Shown one piece after another: positions 1 through 10,023 of a stretch of DNA of 39,589 nt. Position 1 is the first letter of the stretch. Each line of letters starts with the position of its first letter. Under the pieces are notes generated by a model that worked only from the letters and a program-made list of their open reading frames with translations, made no database searches and was not told where the DNA came from. A program made the translations under genes and the position numbers. Source of the stretch: a bacterium (GTDB lineage: Bacteria; Patescibacteriota; Minisyncoccia; UBA6257; GWB1-50-10). The stretch spans positions 1 to 39,589 of the forward strand of contig JAKAID010000001.1 of the NCBI GenBank assembly GCA_021814545.1, given 5' to 3'.

Positions 1-357
<357 letters not shown>

Positions 358-540
358 ATTTATCTACTACATAGTCCTTCGGGGCGACCGTAGCGGGTGA
401 TTCGACATGTTTCTTTTGAAATATGGTGCTGCTATAGGCAGCGAAGGTGTTGGCCGATAAACCTTATATGTCTCGGCTTGGTATCCAAAAAATACCATGG
501 GACAACTAAGAAAGTTCTGAATCTCAAACGTGGATAGCAA

Positions 541-571
541 AAGAATCTCCTTTACCATGGAGATTTTTTTG
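541..571 (+). terminator. Intrinsic terminator ending the 16S transcript
   Basis: AAGAATCTCC-8nt-GGAGATTTTT hairpin running into a T tract. Confidence 0.7.
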
Positions 572-594
572 TTTGTAGAGTATACTAAAAAACA

Positions 595-984
595 ATGGCA
601 GACCGAAAACGCGTACTTATTGTCGAGGACGAACCGCTCCTTGGTAATCTCTTAAAACAGCGGTTCGAGAGTGAAGGAGTCGAGGTGCTTTTGGCGCGCG
701 ATGGCGAGGAGGCCATCAATGTGTTGCGCGGGACAAGGCCCGACCTTATTTTGCTCGACATTATTTTGCCGAAAATATCCGGTTTTGAACTCTTAGAAAT
801 GATGCAGGCGGACCCGCAGATAGAGAAGGCGCCCGTTATCATCACCTCGAACCTTGGGCAGGATACGGACGTGCAGCGCGGGCAGACGCTTGGCGCGATC
901 GAATACTTCGTGAAAGCGAAAGTTTCTATCGAAGAGCTCGTGGAACACGTAAAATCGGTTCTTGCGGGGATGAATAGCGTATAA
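595..984 (+). CDS. Single-domain response regulator (CheY-like receiver)
   Basis: VLIVEDE acidic pocket, DLILLDIILP phospho-Asp, ITSN and conserved Lys (VKA); no output domain. Confidence 0.92.
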   Translation: MADRKRVLIVEDEPLLGNLLKQRFESEGVEVLLARDGEEAINVLRGTRPDLILLDIILPKISGFELLEMMQADPQIEKAPVIITSNLGQDTDVQRGQTLGAIEYFVKAKVSIEELVEHVKSVLAGMNSV

Positions 985-1097
985 TCGCGCAATGCGCATG
1001 GTGATTCATTGTGTTATCCACACCCTGCGTGGCAATGTTTTCGGCGGCGAGGTATACTAATATCAATAAAAATAAAGTCGTAAATCTAACACACACA

Positions 1098-1673
1098 ATG
1101 GATTCATTTAAGAAGGGTTTCACGCTTATCGAATTGCTTGTCGTCATCGCGATTCTCGCAGTGCTCGCTACGGTCATCGTCGTTATCATTAACCCGGCAG
1201 AGCTCCTGAGGCAGGCGCGTGATGCGACCCGTGTATCGGATATGGCAGCATTGAACAGCGCAGTAGCACTTTATTTGTCAGATGTGGCGACTCCCGGTCT
1301 TGGCGGCGCGAGCAATGCTGCGTGTAGCGTGTTGGCTTGCAAGATGACTTCTGCCACCATGACGTCCTCGTCGCCATTTTCTACCACCCCCGCTTGTTCT
1401 TCGGTAACCACGACAACACCCGATGGAACTGGTTGGGTTACTGTTGACTTTACGAAAATCTCATCTGGTTCGCCGCTCTCAAGGCTTCCACTTGATCCCG
1501 CGAATACCGGAACCTACATGTATGTGTATGGCTGTAATGGGTTGGGTTATAAGCTTGCAACCGCAATGGAGAGCACCAAGTACAGCAATCCAAACACCGG
1601 CGTAATGAGGAACACGTATGACGGTGGCACACGAGCGGATTTCTACGAAGTAGGGAACAGCCTTTCGCTCTAA
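1098..1673 (+). CDS. Type IV (major-like) pilin
   Basis: Class III signal KKG|FTLIELLVVIAILAVLA directly after Met at 1098; LPLDP motif. The upstream ORF extension from 1011 runs through AT-rich promoter-like sequence. Confidence 0.92.
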   Translation: MDSFKKGFTLIELLVVIAILAVLATVIVVIINPAELLRQARDATRVSDMAALNSAVALYLSDVATPGLGGASNAACSVLACKMTSATMTSSSPFSTTPACSSVTTTTPDGTGWVTVDFTKISSGSPLSRLPLDPANTGTYMYVYGCNGLGYKLATAMESTKYSNPNTGVMRNTYDGGTRADFYEVGNSLSL

Positions 1674-1696
1674 TTTGAAGATAATCGTGACACGGC

Positions 1697-1725
1697 CCGC
1701 CTCTCCATCGAGAGGCGGTGTTTGT
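1697..1725 (+). terminator. Hairpin/terminator after the pilin gene
   Basis: CCGCCTCTC-CATC-GAGAGGCGG (9-bp perfect stem) followed by TGTTTGT. Confidence 0.65.
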
Positions 1726-1748
1726 TATACTGGAACTATACTTCGCTC

Positions 1749-3467
1749 ATGATTTCTTTTCCTCCGGAAAAACTGAAAGAGATACTGCTCCGCGCGGGGA
1801 TAGTGCCCGCTGATACCTTCAATGCGTTTCTCGCCGAGGCCCAGCGCAAGCAGCAGAATTTGAGCGATGTGCTTATCGCGCAGGGTGTCGTGAATAAAGA
1901 GTACCTCATGTCGCTCTTTGCACAGTATTTGGGCGTAGAGCGCGTGAATCTTGGCGTGACAAGGATTGATGAGGCGCTCCTGAAGCTCGTGCCCGAAGAT
2001 GTGGCGCGCCGCAAGAAGGTGGTGGTGTTCGGCAAAGAAGCCGATGGGCGGTTTAAGGTGGCGATGGATGACCCAAGCGACCTTGAGACCATAGATTTTT
2101 TGATGCTGAAGCTCGGCGGCTCCGTGAAGCCCTACCTTGCGACCGAGGATGACTTGAACCGCGGGTACATGCTCTACGGCAAGCAGCTCACGCAAGACTT
2201 TAAGACTATCATCGAGGAGAGCGTGCGCGAGTCGCTGCGCGCCCGAGCACGGGGAGGGGGAAGTGAAACCGAGGGGGAGGACCTTCCCATTGTTGCTATC
2301 GTTGACAACCTTGTTTCGTACGCCATCTCGTCCCGCGCATCCGATGTACATTTTGAAGTACTCGACGACGGCATTCTGGTGCGGTACCGCATCGACGGTA
2401 TTTTGCACGAGATAATCAGGATGCCTAAGGAAATCCACCCCGCGATAGTCGCGCGCGTGAAGATACTCTCGAGTCTTCGCGTTGACGAGCACACCCACCC
2501 GCAAGATGGCCGCTTCCGCTACAAGGTGGGCGGCGGAGTGGTCGACGTACGCGTTTCCGTCATCCCTACGTTTTATGGCGAGAAGATAGTGATGCGCCTT
2601 TTGACCGGCGCACAAAAACCGCTTTCGCTCGCCGACCTCGGATTTTACGAGGGAGACATTAAGGTGGTGGAGGCGGCGGTCAAAAAGACCTACGGTATGG
2701 TGCTCGCAACGGGTCCTACCGGTTCTGGTAAAACGACGACGCTCTATTCGCTACTCAATATGTTGAATAGGCCCGATGTGAATATCGTGACCATCGAGGA
2801 TCCTATCGAATACGACATGCGGTATGTGAACCAAATGCAGGTGAATGTTGCTGCGGGCATTACGTTCGCCGCAGGGTTGCGCTCCATTCTTCGCCAAGAT
2901 CCGAATATTGTTATGGTCGGTGAAATCCGCGATGAGGAGACCGCGAACATCGCGGTGCAGGCGGCGCTCACCGGCCATCTCGTGCTTTCAAGCTTGCACA
3001 CGAACGATGCGCCGACCGCGGTGCCGCGTTTTATCGATATGGGAGTGCCTCCGTTTCTCGTGTCCGCGGTATTGAACACCATTATTGCGCAGCGTCTGGT
3101 GCGCCGCATCCACATCGACTGCATTGAGTCCTACAAACCGGACCCTGCATATTTTTCCGCAATCCAGCGCGAACTTGAAGTGAGTGGCGCCGCCGCGGGC
3201 GCGGTGAAAATCCCCAAGACTTTCTATCGCGGGAAGGGGTGCAACGTGTGCGGTGGTACCGGCTTCTTGGGTCGTCTCGGCATCTATGAGGTGTTGAATG
3301 TTACCGAGGCAGTGCGCAAACTCATCATCAGCGAGAATTTCAGCCTCGATAACCTGCGCCGCATCGCGCGTGAGGAAGGGATGAGTACCATGTTCGAGGA
3401 CGGTCTTCGCAAGGTGGAGCGCGGCGTGACCACTATCGAGGAATTGCTGCGCGTGGTGCGCGAGTAG
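1749..3467 (+). CDS. pilB: Type IV pilus assembly ATPase PilB (GspE family)
   Basis: N-terminal MshEN-like region, ASDVHFE, Walker A GPTGSGKTT, Asp box TIEDPIE, LRQDPN..GEIRD and His box TGHLV..LHTN. Confidence 0.95.
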   Translation: MISFPPEKLKEILLRAGIVPADTFNAFLAEAQRKQQNLSDVLIAQGVVNKEYLMSLFAQYLGVERVNLGVTRIDEALLKLVPEDVARRKKVVVFGKEADGRFKVAMDDPSDLETIDFLMLKLGGSVKPYLATEDDLNRGYMLYGKQLTQDFKTIIEESVRESLRARARGGGSETEGEDLPIVAIVDNLVSYAISSRASDVHFEVLDDGILVRYRIDGILHEIIRMPKEIHPAIVARVKILSSLRVDEHTHPQDGRFRYKVGGGVVDVRVSVIPTFYGEKIVMRLLTGAQKPLSLADLGFYEGDIKVVEAAVKKTYGMVLATGPTGSGKTTTLYSLLNMLNRPDVNIVTIEDPIEYDMRYVNQMQVNVAAGITFAAGLRSILRQDPNIVMVGEIRDEETANIAVQAALTGHLVLSSLHTNDAPTAVPRFIDMGVPPFLVSAVLNTIIAQRLVRRIHIDCIESYKPDPAYFSAIQRELEVSGAAAGAVKIPKTFYRGKGCNVCGGTGFLGRLGIYEVLNVTEAVRKLIISENFSLDNLRRIAREEGMSTMFEDGLRKVERGVTTIEELLRVVRE

Positions 3468-3505
3468 GGAGGAAGGAAGAAATACGGTACAATTAATTCA
3501 CACGC

Positions 3506-4708
3506 ATGAAATTTCGTTTTATCGCATCGCAGGCAGATGGCCGCATCGTTGAGGGGGATATCGAGGCGCGGAGCGTTCAGGATGTGCTCTCCTACCTCGC
3601 GAAGAACGGGTTAAAACCCGTGAGCGTAAAGCCCATCGAAGAAAAGGGGAAGGCATCGCTTTTCGCGCCGAGTATTAGCATTACCGACCAGATATTCCTC
3701 ACGAAGTATCTCGCGCTCATGCTCCGCATCGGCACGGGGCTCCTTGAGGCGGTCAATATCCTTATTGCTGATTTTGATAAGCAGGCCATTCGCGACATTC
3801 TTTTTGAGGTGCGTGCCGCGCTTGAGGCGGGCCAGCCGTTCTACACGACGTTCGCGAAATATCCGAAGATATTCAGCAACGTGTACATCAATCTCGTGAA
3901 GGCGGGCGAGGCGTCCGGTAATTTGGAGAAAATTTTCGCTGATCTTACTGAAACTCTTACGAAACAAAAAGACCTCCGTGACCAATTGCGCGGGGCGCTT
4001 GTGTACCCCGTCCTTCTCCTCATCGGCTCCGTTCTTATCCTCGTGTTCCTCATTATGTTCGCCTTGCCGAAGATAGCGAACGTGTTCATGGAGGGCGGCT
4101 TCAACCCGCCCGCGTTCACGAAGGTGGTGTTCGCGGTCGGCTTTTTCTTCAACTCGTACGGCCTCTACATTCTTGGATTCTTCGCCGTGCTTGCGTTCAT
4201 CGCGCTCTGGCTCAATTCCACTTCGGCCACATTCCATAAGTTCCTTTCGAACATGGTTTCGGGGTTGCCGCTCGTGAAAACCGTGCTGAAGAAGATGGCG
4301 CTCCAGCGCTTTGCCTCAACGCTCGCCTCGCTCATCAAGGCGGGCATGCCGCTTACCGAAGCGCTTGAGATAACCGCGGGCGCGGTGGCGAACGAGGAGG
4401 CGCGTGCGGCCTTAGTGCGTATCTCGCGCGAGGGCCTTGCGAAGGGTCTCACGATAGGCGAAGCGTTCCGCAGGGAACCATTCTTTCCGCAGACGGTGAC
4501 GAACCTTGTCGCCATCTCGGAGCGAGCGGGGCACCTTGATGAGGTGCTTACGACGCTTAGCGAATTTTATACGAAAGAAATCGACTCGTCCGTCAAAGAG
4601 CTCGTCTCATTCCTTGAGCCGGCGCTCCTCCTGTTTATCGGCGTGGTCATCGGCGTCATCGCGCTCGCTATTATCGTCCCTATCTATCAGCTCACCACGC
4701 AGTTCTAA
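3506..4708 (+). CDS. pilC: Type IV pilus inner-membrane platform protein PilC (GspF family)
   Basis: Two GspF repeats, AGEASGNL, ALVYP, LEPAL...PIYQL; about 400 aa; follows pilB. Confidence 0.95.
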   Translation: MKFRFIASQADGRIVEGDIEARSVQDVLSYLAKNGLKPVSVKPIEEKGKASLFAPSISITDQIFLTKYLALMLRIGTGLLEAVNILIADFDKQAIRDILFEVRAALEAGQPFYTTFAKYPKIFSNVYINLVKAGEASGNLEKIFADLTETLTKQKDLRDQLRGALVYPVLLLIGSVLILVFLIMFALPKIANVFMEGGFNPPAFTKVVFAVGFFFNSYGLYILGFFAVLAFIALWLNSTSATFHKFLSNMVSGLPLVKTVLKKMALQRFASTLASLIKAGMPLTEALEITAGAVANEEARAALVRISREGLAKGLTIGEAFRREPFFPQTVTNLVAISERAGHLDEVLTTLSEFYTKEIDSSVKELVSFLEPALLLFIGVVIGVIALAIIVPIYQLTTQF

Positions 4709-4712
4709 CGGG

Positions 4713-5834
4713 ATGAGGCGCATGTCCAACAATCGTTCCGGATTCACCCTTATCGAAATGCTCGTGGTCGTTGCGATGACCGCCATTTTCGCGACGATGG
4801 GTTTTGTGTTCCTGGGCTCGTATCGCGGCAGCCAGAACCTTAAGAAGACGCTTGATGAAGTTTCCTCTCTCGTTCAAGCGACGCAGAAGCGCTCGATTAC
4901 GCAGGATAACGGAAGCCAGTGGAACGTGCGCTTTTCAAATACCACAAGCTCGGGCAGTCAGTATCTCAGCTTTTCAGGCGCGAGTTTTAGCACTTCAAGC
5001 GTTGATCGCACCTATGGTCTTGCGCGCGGCATCATTTTCTCGAACCCGTTTTCGGGCTCAACATACGATGCGCTATTTACTCCCATTACGGGGGCGCTTC
5101 CTGAAAAAAAGATTATTTCGATGGTTGATGGAAGGGGCGACGGTCTCGTAGGCGATCTCATTTTGACCACGACGGGGCGCACGACCAAACGCAACGAGAA
5201 TGGGTTGGTGGGATATTGGCACCTTGATGAGGGAACGAGCACCGTTATCCATGATGCATCGGGAAGTGGCAACGATGGAAATCTTGCGATTGGCGCGGGC
5301 GGCACCCAAACCGTTCCTGCACAGGCATGGGCTAACGGAATTTCAGGCAGGGCGGGAGGCGCGCTCAGTTTTGATGGAACCGACGATTACATGCTGGGAC
5401 CAAACTCGAGTTCGGTGCAGCTCGCCAAAGGAACGGTAACCGCATGGATAAAAACTTCGAATGCGGGAGTGTCATACCGTGGCATTGTCGTGAAGCAGAA
5501 CGCGTACGGAATGTTCCTGAAGGATAATATTTTCATCATTTACGATTGGGGTGGAGGCGACAGAACCACCGGTATCAATCTCGGCGACGGTGCGTGGCAT
5601 CAGGTCGGCATGGTGTTCAACGTGGGCGTCACAGGCGGTACCACGCTTTACATCGACGGCGCGGCCGTTGCCACGACCACCATCACTTCCGCCTCGCAGA
5701 ACGTTGCCGTCGTGCTCGCTTCGGGGACGGCAGGCGTGTCGCAGAGCTTTTCCGGTCTTATTGACGAGGTTCGTATCTATAATCGCATGCTTTCCGCGGG
5801 CGAGATAGCGAGCGAATACAATGACCTTAAATAG
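4713..5834 (+). CDS. Minor pilin with C-terminal LamG/concanavalin-like domain (start 4713 or 4722)
   Basis: SG|FTLIEMLVVVAM prepilin motif; GLVGYWHLDEG...ALSFDGTDDY...FSGLIDEVRIYNR LamG signature. Confidence 0.88.
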   Translation: MRRMSNNRSGFTLIEMLVVVAMTAIFATMGFVFLGSYRGSQNLKKTLDEVSSLVQATQKRSITQDNGSQWNVRFSNTTSSGSQYLSFSGASFSTSSVDRTYGLARGIIFSNPFSGSTYDALFTPITGALPEKKIISMVDGRGDGLVGDLILTTTGRTTKRNENGLVGYWHLDEGTSTVIHDASGSGNDGNLAIGAGGTQTVPAQAWANGISGRAGGALSFDGTDDYMLGPNSSSVQLAKGTVTAWIKTSNAGVSYRGIVVKQNAYGMFLKDNIFIIYDWGGGDRTTGINLGDGAWHQVGMVFNVGVTGGTTLYIDGAAVATTTITSASQNVAVVLASGTAGVSQSFSGLIDEVRIYNRMLSAGEIASEYNDLK

Positions 5835-7212
5835 GAATGTCCAATATCAAATGACTAATGACAAAAAGGGGAGGGGGCGCTTTCTTATTGGAAATTTGTC
5901 ATTTGAAATTTGTCATTCGCGCAGCGGTCAGTCTCTTATCGAGGTGGTAATAGGCCTTGCGATAGGCTCTATTCTTATCGGTGCTGCTGCATTCGCGATT
6001 TCCACGATGCTTCAGACGAATCTTGCGGCGCAGAAGGGCCAGGCAGCCGCAGCCCTTGCGCAGGAACTTCTCAATAAGGCAAAAGCATACGGTTCTGCGA
6101 ACTGGCAGAACCTGTACGGACTCTCAAAATCCTCGAGTACGCAGTATTTTTTGAATGCCTCAGGGACCGCCTACTTCGTGGTGCAGGGGAAAGAGGGAGT
6201 ACTTGATAATGATGTAACGAGTGGTATTTTCGGACAATGGAAGTTTGATGAGGATGCGGCAAGCACGAGTACTATCACCTACGACGCATCGGGAAACGGG
6301 AACTATGGCACACTTATCAGTAATCCCGTGCGCGCGACATCGACATGCAAATTGAGCAATTGCTTATCGTTTGATGGTACTAATTATGTTCAGATAGGGG
6401 GGCAGACCACGCTTGGTACCACGAATCAGCCTTACAGTATTTCTCTATGGTTTAAGGCGAATAGCGTTGCTGGTGGCGTTTTGTTGCATATGGCGGGCGC
6501 GGCAAACGGTCTTGGATGGTGTCTTCCTACCATGGGGTTCACTTCGACGGGCCAACTTTCGGTTCAAAATTGGAATAATGGTTCAGTGAGCGCTACCGCG
6601 GTTAATGTGACACCCACGGGACAGTGGATTAATGCGGTCGAGACATGGGATGCAACGGGTGGTTTGCAGCTTTATGCGAATGGCGCGCTTGCGGCAGCAA
6701 CCCCCATGGCCGGGTATACAGCCTCGGGCGCGTCTAATTACATTTGGCCCGCGTGGGGCGCGACGGCGCTCTGGTGCAGCACCGGACAGATAACGAAAGT
6801 AAATTTCAACGGCTCGATAGATGATGTGCGCGTCTATAATCGTGCGCTTTCTGCGGATGAGGTGCGGCAGCTCTGGAACAGTAATGTATTCACCCGCTAT
6901 TTTTACGTAGAAAATGTGTGCCGCACGAGCGATGCGTCGAGTTCTATTTCCGGTGTCGCGCCCTGCGGCGGCGGGTCGGGCGATGACCCTTCGACCCAAA
7001 AGGTGACATCAGTCGTGCAGTGGGTAACGGGGGCGGGGGCCGGCATCACGACGCTCTCCGACTATCTTACGCGCTGGAAGAACGTGATATTTTTACAGAA
7101 CGATTGGTCGGGCGGTCCGGGAGCGTCCGGCCCCGTGACAACGCCGGGGAATACCTTCGCTTCGTCCTCGGACGTGAATTATAGCAAGGGCATTCGTATC
7201 CAAGGGCTCTAA
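5821..7212 (+). CDS. Minor pilin with internal LamG-like domain (start 5821 or 5851)
   Basis: SG|QSLIEVVIGLAI prepilin motif; GQWKFDE...CLSFDG...FNGSIDDVRVYNRALS; C-terminal FTRYFY..DPSTQKVT..W pilin-like segment. Confidence 0.85.
   Translation: MTLNRNVQYQMTNDKKGRGRFLIGNLSFEICHSRSGQSLIEVVIGLAIGSILIGAAAFAISTMLQTNLAAQKGQAAAALAQELLNKAKAYGSANWQNLYGLSKSSSTQYFLNASGTAYFVVQGKEGVLDNDVTSGIFGQWKFDEDAASTSTITYDASGNGNYGTLISNPVRATSTCKLSNCLSFDGTNYVQIGGQTTLGTTNQPYSISLWFKANSVAGGVLLHMAGAANGLGWCLPTMGFTSTGQLSVQNWNNGSVSATAVNVTPTGQWINAVETWDATGGLQLYANGALAAATPMAGYTASGASNYIWPAWGATALWCSTGQITKVNFNGSIDDVRVYNRALSADEVRQLWNSNVFTRYFYVENVCRTSDASSSISGVAPCGGGSGDDPSTQKVTSVVQWVTGAGAGITTLSDYLTRWKNVIFLQNDWSGGPGASGPVTTPGNTFASSSDVNYSKGIRIQGL
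5836..5917. repeat. Inverted arrays of degenerate 7-mers (AATnnCn) in the prepilin leader
   Basis: AATGTCC AATATCA AATGACT AATGACA (5836-5863) facing TCTTATT GGAAATT TGTCATT TGAAATT TGTCATT (5883-5917). Confidence 0.75.
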
Positions 7213-7234
7213 AATTTCGTATACTAAAACAGAT

Positions 7235-7654
7235 ATGGTGCAGATAAAGAATTTCAGCGAATCGCTTGAAAAGGACCTCCAGCGCCTGAATGTCGAGATA
7301 GAGGCGCGCAAGCGTGAGGGGTCGCCCGTGCTGCTCACCGAGCGCGATATCGTGAAGCGTTCCTTTGAGCACATTTCCGAACGTACGTCCGCACCCGCGG
7401 GGATCGCCGCGCCGCACGCCGCCTCTCCCGTCCCTCCCGCGCGACAGAGCCCGTTGCCAAGCTATCTTCAAAAAGGGGACTACGCCGACGAGGTGCGCCG
7501 CGAGGTTACCCGGCTCGTCGAGTACGCATTCTCGGGAGGGCTCGCGGGCGCCATCAAAGAATCAAAGCGTCATTCTGCATTCGTGCAGGACGCATTCCAC
7601 GATGCGCTTGTCGACAAACTCCTGCCGGAACTTAAGCGCCGCGGCATGCTCTAA
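7235..7654 (+). CDS. Hypothetical protein, upstream partner of the VirD4-like ATPase
   Basis: 139-aa ORF preceded by TATACT (7220-7225); helical C-terminus DAFHDALVDKL; 5 nt from the next gene. Confidence 0.75.
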   Translation: MVQIKNFSESLEKDLQRLNVEIEARKREGSPVLLTERDIVKRSFEHISERTSAPAGIAAPHAASPVPPARQSPLPSYLQKGDYADEVRREVTRLVEYAFSGGLAGAIKESKRHSAFVQDAFHDALVDKLLPELKRRGML

Positions 7655-7659
7655 CACTC

Positions 7660-10011
7660 ATGACCCTGCTCATTATTTTCATCTCGATATTCTTTGCAGT
7701 GCTCCTCGGCATTATTTCTTTTTTTGCCGCACGCGCGAATCTTCGTAAGCAACTCGCCGAGAGCCTGGATACTCGGCTGTTCCTTGTGCGTTTGCCGCTC
7801 GGTTCAAAGGAGGGGCGCGATCTCAAAAAAGAGATAGGAGCATCCGAGCAGCTTATGAGCGCGCTCGCGTCTTTCGGTAAGCCATTCTCGTTCGAGATAG
7901 CGGTACCCAATGTCGGCGAGGAGATTCATTTTTTCGTGTCGGTTCCCGGGAAGGCTGCGGGTGCCGTCGTGCGCCAGATACAGGCGCTTTGGAAAGATGC
8001 GAGCGTGAGCGAGGCGGAGGAATATAACATTTTCAATTATACCGGGACGACGGTGGGCGCGCTGTTGCGGCTTAAGGACCACTACTCGATTCCCGTGCGG
8101 ACGTACCAAAGCTTTGAGTCGGATACGCTCCTCCCCGTACTCGGAGGACTTACTCAGATAAATGCGGTGGGCGAGGGCTGCGCCATCCAATATGTGATAC
8201 GGTCGGCGGAACAAGAGAAGCGTTCCATACGGACCGCTATTTCCAATTTAAAAAAAGGAAAGAGCCTCAAGGAGGTTTTCCCCGGGAGTGACTCGACGTG
8301 GTCAGCGATAGAGAGGGCCATCGCACCGGGTGCGCCCAAGAAGGAGGGCGAGAAAATAATAGATGAGGAAGCGGTGCGGGCGCTCGAGGCGAAACTCGCG
8401 AAACCGCTTTTCCGGGTTAATGTGCGCGTTGTGGCGTCGGCGCCGAGCCAGTTCCAGGCAGAGGCTATCGCGGACGGTATTACGGCAGGCTTTTCGCAAT
8501 TCGCGGCGCCTGAGCGCAATGAGTTCCGCGTGGTGAAGCCGCGGCGACTTGCAGAGTTCGTACACGATTTTTCATACCGAGAGTTCCGTGAAGAAGACGC
8601 GATGGTGCTGAACGCTGAGGAGCTTGCGAGCGTCTTCCACTTCCCTACGCCTTTCACTGAGGTGCCGAAACTCAAATACCTTAAATCGAAAGAATCGCCG
8701 GCGCCCGTAGGCATGCCGAGCGCGGGGGTCCTTCTCGGATACAATCGCTACCGCAACGCGGAAACGCCGGTCCGGCTCTCGCGCGATGACCGTCGCCGCC
8801 ATGTGTACGTCATCGGGCAGACCGGCACGGGGAAATCGGTGTTCATCAACAATCTTGCGGGACAGGACGTTATCGGCAAAGAGGGCGTGTGCGTCATTGA
8901 CCCGAACGGCGACCTCTTCGAGGATATTGCGAAGCGTATTCCGCGTGAGCGCATACATGACGTGGTCATCTTTGACCCGAGCGACATCACGCAGCCTCTT
9001 GGGCTCAATATGCTCGAATATGACCCGCGCTATCCCGAGCAGAAAACACTCATCGTAAATGAGCTCCTTCAGATATTCGATACGCTCTACGATATGAAGG
9101 CGGCGGGCGGGCCCATGTTCGAGCAGTACGCGAGGAATGCGCTCCTCCTCCTTATGGACGACCCGTCGAACGGGTTTACCATTCTTGAAATTCCAAGGGT
9201 GCTCACCGATGCGTCATTCCGCAGGAAGTTGCTTGAGAAGTGCACCAACCTTCTCACCAAAGAGTTCTGGGAAAAGGAGGCGGAAAAGGCGGGGGGCGAG
9301 GCGGCGCTCGCAAACATTGCGCCCTACATCACTTCAAAGTTCAACACCTTCATCGCGAATGACTACACGCGCCCCATTCTCGCGCAGTCAAAGAATTCCA
9401 TCGATTTTCGGCAAATACTCGACGAAGGGAAAATTCTTCTCGTTAACCTGTCGAAGGGGCGCATTGGCGAGCTGAACGCCGGTTTGCTCGGTATGATAAT
9501 CGTAGGGAGACTCACCATCGCCGCGTTCTCGCGTGCAGATATTCCTGTGGAGAAGCGCCGCGATTTCTACCTCTATATCGATGAGTTCCAGAATTTTTCC
9601 ACTCCGTCCATCTCGACCATTCTTGCCGAGGCGCGCAAGTACCGCCTGTGCCTTACCGTCGCGCACCAGTTCATTGCTCAGCTCAAAGAGCCGATTAAGA
9701 ATGCGGTGTTCGGTAACGTGGGCAACATGGTCGCATTCCGCGTAGGGCCGGATGATGCAAAATTCCTTGTTTCGCAATTCGCGCCCGTGTTCAACGAGAA
9801 TGACATTATGAACATCGACAACTTGAACGCGCACGCAAAGATTCTTATCAATAATCAGGTTTCGCCGCCGTTCAACCTGTTCGTGCCGTTCCCCGAAAAA
9901 GGCGATGAGGCGATGCTCGAGGCGGTTCGCACAACCTCGCGCACGAAGTATGGGCGGCCGCTTGCGGAAGTCGAAGCGGAGATATATGCGCGCGTGAAAC
10001 GCATCGGGTGA
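7660..10011 (+). CDS. VirD4/TraG coupling-protein-like (HerA/FtsK superfamily) membrane ATPase
   Basis: N-terminal TM helix; RRHVYVIGQTGTGKS Walker A, VIDPNGD, YLYIDEFQNF Walker B, EARKY and AHQ motifs. Confidence 0.85.
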   Translation: MTLLIIFISIFFAVLLGIISFFAARANLRKQLAESLDTRLFLVRLPLGSKEGRDLKKEIGASEQLMSALASFGKPFSFEIAVPNVGEEIHFFVSVPGKAAGAVVRQIQALWKDASVSEAEEYNIFNYTGTTVGALLRLKDHYSIPVRTYQSFESDTLLPVLGGLTQINAVGEGCAIQYVIRSAEQEKRSIRTAISNLKKGKSLKEVFPGSDSTWSAIERAIAPGAPKKEGEKIIDEEAVRALEAKLAKPLFRVNVRVVASAPSQFQAEAIADGITAGFSQFAAPERNEFRVVKPRRLAEFVHDFSYREFREEDAMVLNAEELASVFHFPTPFTEVPKLKYLKSKESPAPVGMPSAGVLLGYNRYRNAETPVRLSRDDRRRHVYVIGQTGTGKSVFINNLAGQDVIGKEGVCVIDPNGDLFEDIAKRIPRERIHDVVIFDPSDITQPLGLNMLEYDPRYPEQKTLIVNELLQIFDTLYDMKAAGGPMFEQYARNALLLLMDDPSNGFTILEIPRVLTDASFRRKLLEKCTNLLTKEFWEKEAEKAGGEAALANIAPYITSKFNTFIANDYTRPILAQSKNSIDFRQILDEGKILLVNLSKGRIGELNAGLLGMIIVGRLTIAAFSRADIPVEKRRDFYLYIDEFQNFSTPSISTILAEARKYRLCLTVAHQFIAQLKEPIKNAVFGNVGNMVAFRVGPDDAKFLVSQFAPVFNENDIMNIDNLNAHAKILINNQVSPPFNLFVPFPEKGDEAMLEAVRTTSRTKYGRPLAEVEAEIYARVKRIG

Positions 10012-10023
10012 ACCCCGTGGAGT

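Noticed and set aside
4506-4712. Long upstream ORF extensions (also 1011, 11286, 14296, 29952, 33076, 34521, 37608, 37829)
   Set aside because: They overlap neighbouring genes or promoters; family homology starts at downstream ATGs.
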